Below, one piece after another: positions 24,547-32,000 of a stretch of DNA of 32,000 bases. Within the stretch, counting starts at the first letter, position 1. Every line of letters starts with the position of its first letter. The DNA is taken from positions 2,370,001 through 2,402,000 of the forward strand of contig NZ_CP066018.1 in the NCBI RefSeq assembly GCF_016127575.1, given 5' to 3'. The translations under genes were made by a program, and so were the position numbers. The notes beneath the pieces are model-generated. The model made no database searches and had not been told where the DNA came from. It saw only the letters and a program-made list of their open reading frames with translations. This DNA comes from Cupriavidus necator. Lineage in GTDB: Bacteria; Pseudomonadota; Gammaproteobacteria; Burkholderiales; Burkholderiaceae.

Positions 24547-25755
24547 ATGACGCCGTCGCAGAATGCATGCCGCGCAGGCTGGCGGCGCTGGCTCAGCGCC
24601 GGCGCGCTGGCGCTGGCGGCCTTTGCCGGCACCGCCGCCGCACAGGCGCCGGCCTCGGCACCGCCGGCACCGGCCGCCGCGCAGGCCAATGCCGACACCA
24701 ACAACCCGGCCACGCACCCGGTCCAGCCGCTGGCCGGCATCGCATCCGAGAATATCTTCAACATACCGCGCCGCGATATCGCCGCCGAGGCCCAGTCGCA
24801 GCAGCAGCGCACCGTCACGCAGCCCGGCAACAATGCGCCGGTCTGGCGCGAGGTCAATTCCGACCAGCGCCACTACAGCAGCCTGCCCGACAAGGAAGCC
24901 GGCGTGCTGATCCAGCGCACCGGGCAGCAATGGCGCCTGTTCCGCAACGGCGTCATCACCGTCTGGGGCGGCTGGCTGCTGCTGGTGGTGCCGCTTGCCA
25001 TCCTGGGCTTCTTCCTCTGGCGCGGCGCCATCCCGCTGCGCACGCCGCGCACCGGCCGCATGATCGAGCGCTTCACGCCGCTTGAGCGCATTGTCCACTG
25101 GACCATGGCGATCTCGTTCGTGGTGCTGGCGGTGTCGGGCATCGTGCTGCTGCTGGGCAAGCATTTCCTGCTGCCGCTGATGGGCCACATGCTGTTCGGC
25201 TGGCTGACCTACGTGCTGAAGAACCTGCACAACGTGATCGGCCCGATCTTCACGCTGTCGGTGATCGTGGCCTTCGTGGTGTTCGTGCGCGACAACCTGC
25301 CCAACCGCGACGACATGCGCTGGGTCACCAGCCTTGGCGGCCTGGCGTCCGGCAAGCATGTGCCGAGCGGGCGCTTCAATGCCGGCGAGAAGATGTGGTT
25401 CTGGATCGGCGTGTTCGTGTTCGGGCTGGTGCTGTCGGCATCGGGCTGGGTGCTGGACATGATCGTGCCAGGCATGGACTACTACCGCGCGACCATGCAG
25501 ATCGCCAACGTGATCCATGGGATCTCGGCCGTGCTGATGATCGCGATGGCGTGCGGCCATATCTACATGGGCACGGTCGGCATGGAAGGCGCCTACCGCG
25601 CCATGCGCGACGGCTGGGTGGACGAGGCCTGGGCCAAGGAGCACCACGAGCACTGGTACGACGACATCAAGTCCGGCAAGATCCCGGCCCAGCGTTCGGC
25701 CAGCCCGGAAGCCGCCGCGGGGCGCAACACCCGGCATACCCCGGGCGAAGCCTGA
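24547..25755 (+). CDS. Formate dehydrogenase cytochrome-b (gamma) subunit with long N-terminal periplasmic extension
   Basis: Frame of track ORF 24262..25755, trimmed to ATG 24547 (AAGGAG 6 nt upstream). Signal peptide WRRWLSAGALALAAFAGTAAAQA and about 130 aa of soluble region. This is followed by an FdoI/FdnI-like TM bundle with conserved His (RIVHWTMAISF, NLHNVIGP, VIHGISAV, ACGHIYMG). Confidence 0.85.
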   Translation: MTPSQNACRAGWRRWLSAGALALAAFAGTAAAQAPASAPPAPAAAQANADTNNPATHPVQPLAGIASENIFNIPRRDIAAEAQSQQQRTVTQPGNNAPVWREVNSDQRHYSSLPDKEAGVLIQRTGQQWRLFRNGVITVWGGWLLLVVPLAILGFFLWRGAIPLRTPRTGRMIERFTPLERIVHWTMAISFVVLAVSGIVLLLGKHFLLPLMGHMLFGWLTYVLKNLHNVIGPIFTLSVIVAFVVFVRDNLPNRDDMRWVTSLGGLASGKHVPSGRFNAGEKMWFWIGVFVFGLVLSASGWVLDMIVPGMDYYRATMQIANVIHGISAVLMIAMACGHIYMGTVGMEGAYRAMRDGWVDEAWAKEHHEHWYDDIKSGKIPAQRSASPEAAAGRNTRHTPGEA

Positions 25756-25789
25756 GGCCGGCTGCCAACCAGACCATGCGGAACCCACG

Positions 25790-26179
25790 ATGACGATGAC
25801 ACGCACCCTGACGCTGGTTGCCCTGTGCGCGGGCGCCACCCTTGCCACCGGCGCGCTGGCCAAGCTGCCGCCGCCGACCGAGGCCCAGCAGGCCAAGGCC
25901 GCTGAGACCAAGGCGCGCACCGCCTGGGCCGACAAGGTCGCCGCCTACCAGTTGTGCCGCGCGCAGGACAAGACCGCGGCGCGTTACTTCGCCGAGCGCA
26001 AGGCCCACGGCCAGGAAACCCGCGCGCCGTCGCAAGCCGCCGCGTGTGCCGATCCGGGCCCGTTTGTGGCGCCGACCGCCGCTGCGCCTGCCGCCCCGGC
26101 GCCAGCCGTGGCCAGCACCGCGGCCGACGCCAAACCAGCCGCGGCCGGCGCGGTACAATCCCCTGCAAAGGCGCCGTAA
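25790..26179 (+). CDS. Hypothetical secreted protein (129 aa), Ala/Pro-rich C-terminus
   Basis: Track ORF. Signal peptide MTMTRTLTLVALCAGATLATGALA. GC3-rich codons consistent with coding sequence. Two Cys in the mature part. No recognisable family. Confidence 0.55.
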   Translation: MTMTRTLTLVALCAGATLATGALAKLPPPTEAQQAKAAETKARTAWADKVAAYQLCRAQDKTAARYFAERKAHGQETRAPSQAAACADPGPFVAPTAAAPAAPAPAVASTAADAKPAAAGAVQSPAKAP

Positions 26180-26242
26180 CCACAGCCCCATGCACGCCGC
26201 GCGCGGCGCGGGGCCCTCACCAGCAGTCCCGAGCCCCTCGTC

Positions 26243-27073
26243 ATGACCCTGCGTCCCGAGCTTACCCAGGCAGCCGTTCCCCTGATCGAAGAGGTTGAAG
26301 TCGTCGACGAGCAGGGCCGCGTGCGCGCGGCCTACCTGCCGGGCGAGCGTCCGCTGACGGTCTACCTCGACAAGCGCGAGCTGGTCACGCTGATGACCCT
26401 GGGCGGCGCGCCCGAGCACCTGGTGCTCGGCTACCTGCGCAACCAGCGGCTGGTGGAATCGATCGAAGACATCGCCGCGGTGCAGGTCGACTGGGAAACC
26501 GAGTCCGCCGCCGTGACCACGCGCAATGGCGTGGACCGCATCGAGGAACGCACCGCGCGCCGCGTGGTGACCACCGGCTGCGGGCAAGGCACCGTGTTCG
26601 GCTCGCTGCTCGATGAGGTCGACAACATCCGCCTGCCGGTTGGCGCCACGCTGGACCAGGACACCCTGTACGGCATCATCGACACCATCCGGCTGCAGCA
26701 GTCGGTCTACAAGCAGGCTGGCTCGGTGCACGGCTGCGCGCTGTTCCAGGGCACCGAGCTGCTGATGTTCATCGAGGACGTGGGCCGCCACAACGCCGTG
26801 GACGCCATCGCCGGGCGCATGTGGCTGGAAGGCATGACGGGCAGCGACAAGATCTTCTACACCACCGGGCGCCTGACTTCCGAGATGGTGATCAAGGGCG
26901 CGCAGATGGGCATCCCGTTCCTGCTGTCGCGCTCGGGCGTGACGCAGATGGGCTACCAGATGGCCCGGCGCGTCAACCTGACGCTGTTTGCGCGCTGCAC
27001 CGGCAAGCACTTCCTGCTCTACACCGGGCGCGAGCGCTTCCGCCACCGGCTGCCTGAAGACGCGGTGGCGTAA
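26243..27073 (+). CDS. fdhD: Formate dehydrogenase accessory sulfurtransferase FdhD
   Basis: Track ORF, 276 aa. FdhD hallmarks VVTTGCGQG (Cys loop), EDVGRHNAVDAI, GRLTSEMVIKGAQMGIPFLLSRSG. Confidence 0.93.
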   Translation: MTLRPELTQAAVPLIEEVEVVDEQGRVRAAYLPGERPLTVYLDKRELVTLMTLGGAPEHLVLGYLRNQRLVESIEDIAAVQVDWETESAAVTTRNGVDRIEERTARRVVTTGCGQGTVFGSLLDEVDNIRLPVGATLDQDTLYGIIDTIRLQQSVYKQAGSVHGCALFQGTELLMFIEDVGRHNAVDAIAGRMWLEGMTGSDKIFYTTGRLTSEMVIKGAQMGIPFLLSRSGVTQMGYQMARRVNLTLFARCTGKHFLLYTGRERFRHRLPEDAVA

Positions 27074-27169
27074 GCGGCACTTGGTTGCTTGCGTTTGCAT
27101 AAAGGGGTGGGCGCGATTGGTTGTACAATGCGGCGCACTCCGAGCCAGTGTGTTTACCCTCCCAACCTT

Positions 27170-27736
27170 ATGAGCATCAAATCCGACAAGTGGATCCGCC
27201 GCATGGCGGAGCAGCACGGCATGATCGAGCCGTTCGCGCCAGGCCAGGTCCGGGAGCAGGACGGGCGCAAGATCGTTTCGTACGGCACCTCGAGCTACGG
27301 CTACGACATCCGCTGCGCCGACGAATTCAAGATCTTCACCAATATCAACAGCACCATCGTCGATCCGAAGAATTTCGACGAGAAGTCGTTCGTGGATTTC
27401 AAGGGCGATGTCTGCATCATCCCGCCCAATTCGTTCGCGCTGGCGCGCACGATGGAATACTTCCGGATCCCGCGCAGCGTGCTGACCATCTGCCTGGGCA
27501 AGAGCACCTACGCCCGCTGCGGCATCATCGTCAATGTGACGCCGTTCGAGCCGGAGTGGGAAGGCTATGTGACGCTGGAGTTCTCCAACACCACGCCGCT
27601 GCCCGCCAAGATCTACGCCGGCGAGGGTTGCGCCCAGGTGCTGTTCTTCGAGAGCGACGAAGTCTGCGAGACCTCGTACCGCGACCGCGGCGGCAAGTAC
27701 CAGGGCCAGCACGGTGTCACACTGCCGAAGACCTGA
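27170..27736 (+). CDS. dcd: dCTP deaminase
   Basis: Frame of track ORF 27089..27736, trimmed to ATG 27170, giving 188 aa ([22 protein letters not shown]...). Typical Dcd core [34 protein letters not shown]. Confidence 0.95.
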   Translation: MSIKSDKWIRRMAEQHGMIEPFAPGQVREQDGRKIVSYGTSSYGYDIRCADEFKIFTNINSTIVDPKNFDEKSFVDFKGDVCIIPPNSFALARTMEYFRIPRSVLTICLGKSTYARCGIIVNVTPFEPEWEGYVTLEFSNTTPLPAKIYAGEGCAQVLFFESDEVCETSYRDRGGKYQGQHGVTLPKT

Positions 27737-27886
27737 GCGCATTACAATGCCGGCGTTTGCCGGAAGGCTGGCCCCGAGAATGGCCGCCACACCTGACGTC
27801 AGAGCCACATGTCGCCGCAGCGGGGAACCTCATGCCGGCCATGTGGCTCAAGTCCTTTATGTCCTGCTTTCCATCAAGGATGCCCG

Positions 27887-30160
27887 ATGAAATTCCGTTT
27901 CCCCGTCATCATCATTGACGAAGACTTTCGCTCCGAGAACATCTCCGGCTCGGGCATCCGCGCGCTGGCCGAGGCGATCGAGAAAGAGGGCATGGAGGTC
28001 ATGGGCCTGACCAGCTACGGCGACCTGACGTCGTTTGCGCAGCAGTCCAGCCGGGCATCGACCTTTATTGTCTCGATCGACGACGACGAGTTCACGCGCG
28101 ACGGCGATGACCAGCTCGAGGCCGCCGCCATCGAAAAGCTGCGCGCCTTCGTCACCGAAGTGCGCCGCCGCAACTCGGACCTGCCGATCTTCCTGTACGG
28201 CGAGACCCGCACCTCGCGCCACATCCCCAACGATATTCTGCGCGAGCTGCACGGCTTCATCCACATGTTCGAGGACACGCCGGAATTCGTGGCACGCCAC
28301 ATCATCCGCGAAGCCAAGGTCTACCTCGACACGCTGGCGCCGCCGTTCTTCAAGGCGCTGATCGACTACGCGCAGGACAGCTCGTACTCGTGGCACTGCC
28401 CGGGGCACTCGGGCGGCGTGGCTTTCCTGAAGAGCCCGGTGGGCCAGGTGTTCCACCAGTTCTTCGGCGAGAACATGCTGCGCGCCGACGTCTGCAACGC
28501 GGTCGATGAACTGGGCCAGCTGCTGGACCACACCGGCCCGGTGGCCGCGTCGGAGCGCAATGCCGCGCGCATCTTCAACTCCGACCACATGTATTTCGTC
28601 ACCAACGGCACCTCCACCTCGAACAAGATGGTGTGGCATGCCAACGTGGCGCCGGGCGACATCGTGGTGGTGGACCGCAACTGCCACAAGTCGATCCTGC
28701 ATGCGATCATGATGACGGGCGCGATCCCGGTCTTCCTGATGCCCACGCGCAACCACTACGGCATCATCGGCCCGATCCCGAAGAGCGAGTTCGATCCGGA
28801 GACGATCAGGAAGAAGATCGCCAACCACCCGTTCGCCAGCAAGGCCAAGAACCAGAAGCCGCGCATCCTGACCATCACTCAGGGTACGTACGACGGCGTG
28901 CTGTACAACGCCGAGCAGATCAAGGAAATGCTGGCCGCCGAGATCGATACGCTGCACTTCGATGAAGCCTGGCTGCCGCATGCGGCCTTCCACGACTTCT
29001 ATCGCAATATGCACGCGATCGGCAAGGACCGCCCGCGCAGCAAGGACGCGCTGGTGTTCGCCACCCAGTCGACGCACAAGCTGCTGGCCGGCCTGTCGCA
29101 GGCCTCGCAGATCCTGGTGCAGGATTCCGAGACGCGCAAGCTGGACCGCTACCGCTTCAACGAGGCGTACCTGATGCACACCTCGACCAGCCCGCAGTAC
29201 TCGATCATCGCCTCGTGCGACGTGGCCGCGGCGATGATGGAAGCGCCGGGCGGCACCGCGCTGGTGGAAGAAAGCATCCAGGAGGCGATGGATTTCCGCC
29301 GCGCCATGCGCAAGGTCGAGGGCGACTACGACGACGGCAAAAACGGCGACTGGTGGTTCAAGGTGTGGGGCCCGGACGCACTGATCGAAGACGGCATCGG
29401 CGACCGCGAAGAGTGGATGCTCAAGGCCAATGAGCGCTGGCACGGCTTCGGCGACCTCGCCGACGGCTTCAACCTGCTCGACCCGATCAAGGCCACCATC
29501 ATCACCCCGGGCCTGGACGTGGACGGCGAGTTCAGCGAACGCGGCATCCCGGCGGCCATCGTCACCAAGTACCTGGCCGAGCACGGCATCATCATCGAGA
29601 AGACCGGGCTGTATTCGTTCTTCATCATGTTCACTATCGGCATCACCAAGGGCCGCTGGAACTCGCTGGTGACCGAGTTGCAGCAGTTCAAGGACGACTA
29701 CGACCAGAACCAGCCGCTGTGGCGCGTGCTGCCGGAATTCGTCGCCAAGCACCCGCAATACGAGCGCATGGGCCTGCGTGACCTGTGCGATGCGATCCAC
29801 AGCGTGTACAAGGCCAACGACGTGGCCCGTGTGACGACGGAGATGTACCTGTCGGACATGGAGCCGGCGATGAAGCCGTCGGACGCCTGGGCCATGATGG
29901 CGCACCGCGAGATCGAGCGCGTGCCGGTCGACGACCTGGAGGGCCGCGTCACCGCCATCCTGCTGACGCCGTACCCGCCGGGCATTCCGCTGCTGATTCC
30001 GGGCGAGCGCTTCAACCGCACCATCGTGCAGTACCTGAAGTTCGCGCGCGAGTTCAACAAGCTGTTCCCTGGCTTCGAGACCGACATCCACGGCCTGGTC
30101 GAGGACGAGGTCGACGGCAAGACGGCGTACTTTGTCGACTGCGTGAAGCAGGGCGGCTGA
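27887..30160 (+). CDS. Orn/Lys/Arg decarboxylase, large fold-type-I family (LdcC/AdiA/SpeC-like), 757 aa
   Basis: Frame of track ORF 27809..30160, trimmed to ATG 27887 (AAGGA upstream). N-terminal receiver-like wing domain (MKFRFPVIIIDEDF). PLP-lysine motif ATQSTHKLLAG, with Lys398 at codon 29078-29080. C-terminal decarboxylase domain. Substrate cannot be called from sequence by eye. Confidence 0.92.
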   Translation: MKFRFPVIIIDEDFRSENISGSGIRALAEAIEKEGMEVMGLTSYGDLTSFAQQSSRASTFIVSIDDDEFTRDGDDQLEAAAIEKLRAFVTEVRRRNSDLPIFLYGETRTSRHIPNDILRELHGFIHMFEDTPEFVARHIIREAKVYLDTLAPPFFKALIDYAQDSSYSWHCPGHSGGVAFLKSPVGQVFHQFFGENMLRADVCNAVDELGQLLDHTGPVAASERNAARIFNSDHMYFVTNGTSTSNKMVWHANVAPGDIVVVDRNCHKSILHAIMMTGAIPVFLMPTRNHYGIIGPIPKSEFDPETIRKKIANHPFASKAKNQKPRILTITQGTYDGVLYNAEQIKEMLAAEIDTLHFDEAWLPHAAFHDFYRNMHAIGKDRPRSKDALVFATQSTHKLLAGLSQASQILVQDSETRKLDRYRFNEAYLMHTSTSPQYSIIASCDVAAAMMEAPGGTALVEESIQEAMDFRRAMRKVEGDYDDGKNGDWWFKVWGPDALIEDGIGDREEWMLKANERWHGFGDLADGFNLLDPIKATIITPGLDVDGEFSERGIPAAIVTKYLAEHGIIIEKTGLYSFFIMFTIGITKGRWNSLVTELQQFKDDYDQNQPLWRVLPEFVAKHPQYERMGLRDLCDAIHSVYKANDVARVTTEMYLSDMEPAMKPSDAWAMMAHREIERVPVDDLEGRVTAILLTPYPPGIPLLIPGERFNRTIVQYLKFAREFNKLFPGFETDIHGLVEDEVDGKTAYFVDCVKQGG

Positions 30161-30190
30161 GCGCCAGTCCGCGTTCCGCTGACGTGAGCA

Positions 30191-30219
30191 GGGCCCCGCT
30201 ATGCGGGGTCCTTTCTTTT
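30191..30219 (+). terminator. Rho-independent terminator of the decarboxylase gene
   Basis: GGGCCCCGC-TAT-GCGGGGTCC (9-bp stem including one G-U pair) followed by TTTCTTTT. Begins 31 nt after the stop. Confidence 0.7.
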
Positions 30220-30228
30220 GAGGTGGGG

Positions 30229-30645
30229 CTAGGTGAACGGATTCAGCAGCATCGCGCCCGTGCCGCGGAAATCCTCAACATTGCGCGTGACAATGGTCAG
30301 GTCATGGATCAGCGCGGTGGCGGCAATGAACTTGTCCAGCGCGTGCTCAGGCCGCGGCGCGCGCAGCTGGCCCCAGACCTGGGCGACGTCGGCATCGACC
30401 GGCAACACCAGCCGGCCAAAATCCTCCAGCACGGTCGCCAGCCATTGCTCCAGCAGCTCGGCCTGCGCCGTATCGCCGCGATGGCGGATCAGCGCTACGC
30501 CACGCTGGAGCTCGCCCACGGTCAGCGCCGACAGGTAGAGCGCGGCACCTTCCCGCGCCGCCTGCCGGAAGAACGCGCGCACGCCGGGGTTGGCGCGCTC
30601 GCGCTTGCGCGTTTCGCTGATGACGTTGGTATCAATCAAATACAC
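30229..30645 (-). CDS. vapC: PIN-domain toxin, VapC/FitB-like
   Basis: Frame of track ORF 30229..30927, trimmed to GTG 30645, giving 138 aa. (M)YLIDTNVISETRK carries the first acidic PIN residue. Also LSALTVGELQ and AATALIHDLTIVTRNVEDF. Overlaps the antitoxin 3' end by 14 nt. Confidence 0.85.
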   Translation of the reverse strand: MYLIDTNVISETRKRERANPGVRAFFRQAAREGAALYLSALTVGELQRGVALIRHRGDTAQAELLEQWLATVLEDFGRLVLPVDADVAQVWGQLRAPRPEHALDKFIAATALIHDLTIVTRNVEDFRGTGAMLLNPFT

Positions 30646-30868
30646 GCGGCGCCTCGCCTGGATTCTGGATCCGCTCGAAGTCGGCGTCTTGCCCGACGTC
30701 CGGGATGCTGGCCAGCACCTCGGCCAGGCTGCGCCGGCGCGTGCCGCCCAGCGCCTGCGCCAGGATGGCGCGGTGCTCGGCCTCGGCGCTGCGGCCGTTG
30801 GCGACGGCCCGCTCGCGCAGGCGCTGGACCAGGGATTCATCGATGCCACGAACGAGTAGTGTTGCCAT
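30632..30868 (-). CDS. vapB: Ribbon-helix-helix antitoxin, VapB/FitA-like (78 aa)
   Basis: Frame of track ORF 30632..31234, trimmed to ATG 30868 (GAGGAG upstream). MATLLVRGIDESLVQRLRERAVANGRSAEAEHRAILAQAL has a typical RHH N-terminus. The length equals that of FitA-type antitoxins. Confidence 0.8.
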   Translation of the reverse strand: MATLLVRGIDESLVQRLRERAVANGRSAEAEHRAILAQALGGTRRRSLAEVLASIPDVGQDADFERIQNPGEAPRVFD

Positions 30869-30898
30869 CTTGAGCTCCTCACCATCGGATGGAGCAAG

Positions 30899-30913
30899 GA
30901 TAGCATTGTTATC
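30899..30913 (-). promoter_or_regulatory. Imperfect palindrome GATAGCATTGTTATC 30 nt upstream of vapB; candidate autoregulatory operator
   Basis: 12 of 15 positions are self-complementary (GATAnCAnTGnTATC). The half-sites resemble the FitAB operator 8-mers as I remember them. Confidence 0.35.
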
Positions 30914-31154
30914 AATACGGCGGTCACGTATCGACGGCAGGCTGTGCATCGTTGCCGTGTCCGGCCGGTACAAGGGTGTGGTGGGCATGGTGGCTCTCCT
31001 GGGGGTCAGTCTGCTGAACACAGGAGCCAGTCTGGGCCCCGCCGGAGCGCCGGTCGATGAGCCGATTCGCAATCGCGCGCCATGCCTTGCGGCGACACCA
31101 AAGCGCCACCGCGCCACCACCGCCGGACGGCGCCGGGGTGGACCCGCGCCAATG

Positions 31155-31180
31155 AAAAAGCCCCGCGTTGCCGCGGGGCT
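31155..31180 (-). terminator. Rho-independent terminator of the TRAP permease gene
   Basis: The minus strand reads AGCCCCGCG-GCAA-CGCGGGGCT followed by TTTTTC. Lies about 30 nt downstream of the stop at 31212. Confidence 0.7.
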
Positions 31181-31211
31181 TGCCAGGCTTGCGCGTCCCC
31201 GGGGAGCTGGT

Positions 31212-32000
31212 TCAGCGCTTCTTTTCGAACTCAAACTGCGGCGCGGCCGATTCGCTTTCCGCGGGCGGCTGTGTCGGCAGCTCCAGCGATCCGCCAGCGG
31301 CGGGCTGCGACCCCGGTGCCGGTACCGACAGGCTCGGCGCCGGCTTGGGGCTGGTGCCTCCCAGGTCGAGGCTCAGGTCGCGCGTGATGCTGCGATCCTG
31401 TGCCTTTTGCGTGCCGGTGCTGACCAGGCCGGGGAAGACGATGATCAGCGCCACCATCACCAGCTGGATGACCACGAACGGCACCGAGCCCCAGTAGATA
31501 TCCGAGGTCTTCACCTCGCGCGGCGCGACTGAGCGCAGATAGAACAGCGAGAAGCCGAACGGCGGGTGCATGAACGAGGTCTGCATGTTCACGGCCAGCA
31601 GCACGCCGAACCAGATCAGGTCGATGCCGAGCTTGTCCGCCACCGGGCCGACCAGCGGCACCAGGATAAAGGCCAGCTCGAAGAAGTCCAGGAAGAACGC
31701 CAGCAGGAAGAACAGCACGTTCACCGCGATCAGGAAGCCGGCCTGGCCGCCGGGCAGCGCGGTCAGCAGGTGCTCCACCCAGATATGGCCGTCCACGCCG
31801 TAGAACGTCAGCGAGAACACGCGCGCGCCGATCAGGATGAAGATCACGAAGGCCGACAGCTTGAGCGTCCCTTCCATCGCCTGCCGGGTCAGCCCCAGGT
31901 CAAGGCGGCGCTTCATCAGCGCCAGCACCAGCGCGCCGAGCGCACCCATGCCGCCGCCTTCGGTCGGCGTGGCCACGCCGACGAAGATCGTGCCGAGCAC
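31212..32000 (-). CDS. TRAP transporter large permease (DctM family); N-terminal part lies beyond the right window edge
   Basis: Track ORF that runs to the window end. TM-rich, with the typical DctM strings FFLDFFELAFILVPL and MHPPFGFSLFYLRSVAP. Carries a 68-aa hydrophilic C-terminal tail. Confidence 0.9.
   Translation of the reverse strand: MLGTIFVGVATPTEGGGMGALGALVLALMKRRLDLGLTRQAMEGTLKLSAFVIFILIGARVFSLTFYGVDGHIWVEHLLTALPGGQAGFLIAVNVLFFLLAFFLDFFELAFILVPLVGPVADKLGIDLIWFGVLLAVNMQTSFMHPPFGFSLFYLRSVAPREVKTSDIYWGSVPFVVIQLVMVALIIVFPGLVSTGTQKAQDRSITRDLSLDLGGTSPKPAPSLSVPAPGSQPAAGGSLELPTQPPAESESAAPQFEFEKKR

Noticed and set aside
14652-27748. Recurrent TACAAT hexamers in intergenic regions (14652-14657, near 17130, 27124-27129, near 27743) as -10 boxes
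   Set aside because: They are plausible -10 elements, but none has a convincing -35 at 16-18 nt. Too weak to annotate as promoters without transcript mapping.
25667-30091. 713-aa (25667..27808) and 744-aa (27857..30091) minus-strand ORFs
   Set aside because: Antisense to fdhD/dcd and to the decarboxylase. No motifs and a shadow-frame composition.
30229-31234. 232-aa and 200-aa long forms of the vapC and vapB ORFs
   Set aside because: The extensions are Ala/Arg/Pro/Trp-rich, overlap each other, and would bury the N-terminal RHH strand and the PIN start. The short forms match canonical TA sizes. ATG 30988 is kept as a noted alternative.
1-32000. CRISPR arrays, IS elements, integrases, phage genes, tRNA/rRNA genes, long direct repeats
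   Set aside because: None recognised on either strand. All intergenic gaps are 355 bp or shorter and are accounted for by hairpins and promoter-like sequence.

Overview
Very GC-rich, GC3-dominated chromosomal segment. The gene content and protein sequences look betaproteobacterial, Burkholderiaceae (Cupriavidus/Ralstonia-like). That placement is inference from memory; no search was run.

Layout:
(i) 1-11157, all minus strand: a Dpp/Opp-type ABC importer (two ATPases, two permeases, a family-5 binding protein), an IclR regulator, an AMP-forming acyl-CoA ligase and a 1108-aa single-chain BC-BCCP-CT biotin carboxylase.
(ii) 11512-15928: metG, an OmpA-like glycine-zipper lipoprotein with its own terminator, and divergent apbC/mrp.
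(iii) 15951-27073, all plus strand: a Tat-dependent, cysteine-type, membrane-bound formate dehydrogenase (FDH) locus. In order it encodes DUF3305, DUF3306, a 721-aa polyferredoxin, a TorD-like chaperone, a 71-aa Tat-signal mini-protein, FDH alpha, FDH beta, a 78-aa lipoprotein, the cytochrome-b gamma subunit, a 129-aa secreted protein and fdhD.
(iv) dcd and a 757-aa Orn/Lys/Arg decarboxylase.
(v) a FitAB/VapBC-like toxin-antitoxin pair and the 3' part of a TRAP DctM permease.

I saw no rRNA, tRNA, CRISPR, IS/integrase or phage genes. Most of the window is ordinary core metabolism, and I found no clearly novel defence-type system.

The items most worth a second look are:
- the functionally uncharacterised DUF3305-DUF3306-polyferredoxin-TorD module attached to the FDH genes;
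- the Tat-signal mini-protein;
- the orphan single-chain carboxylase / ligase / IclR / ABC cluster;
- the small TA islet, whose operator resembles the FitAB operator.

The very long antisense ORFs in the track (up to 2040 aa) are GC-composition artefacts.
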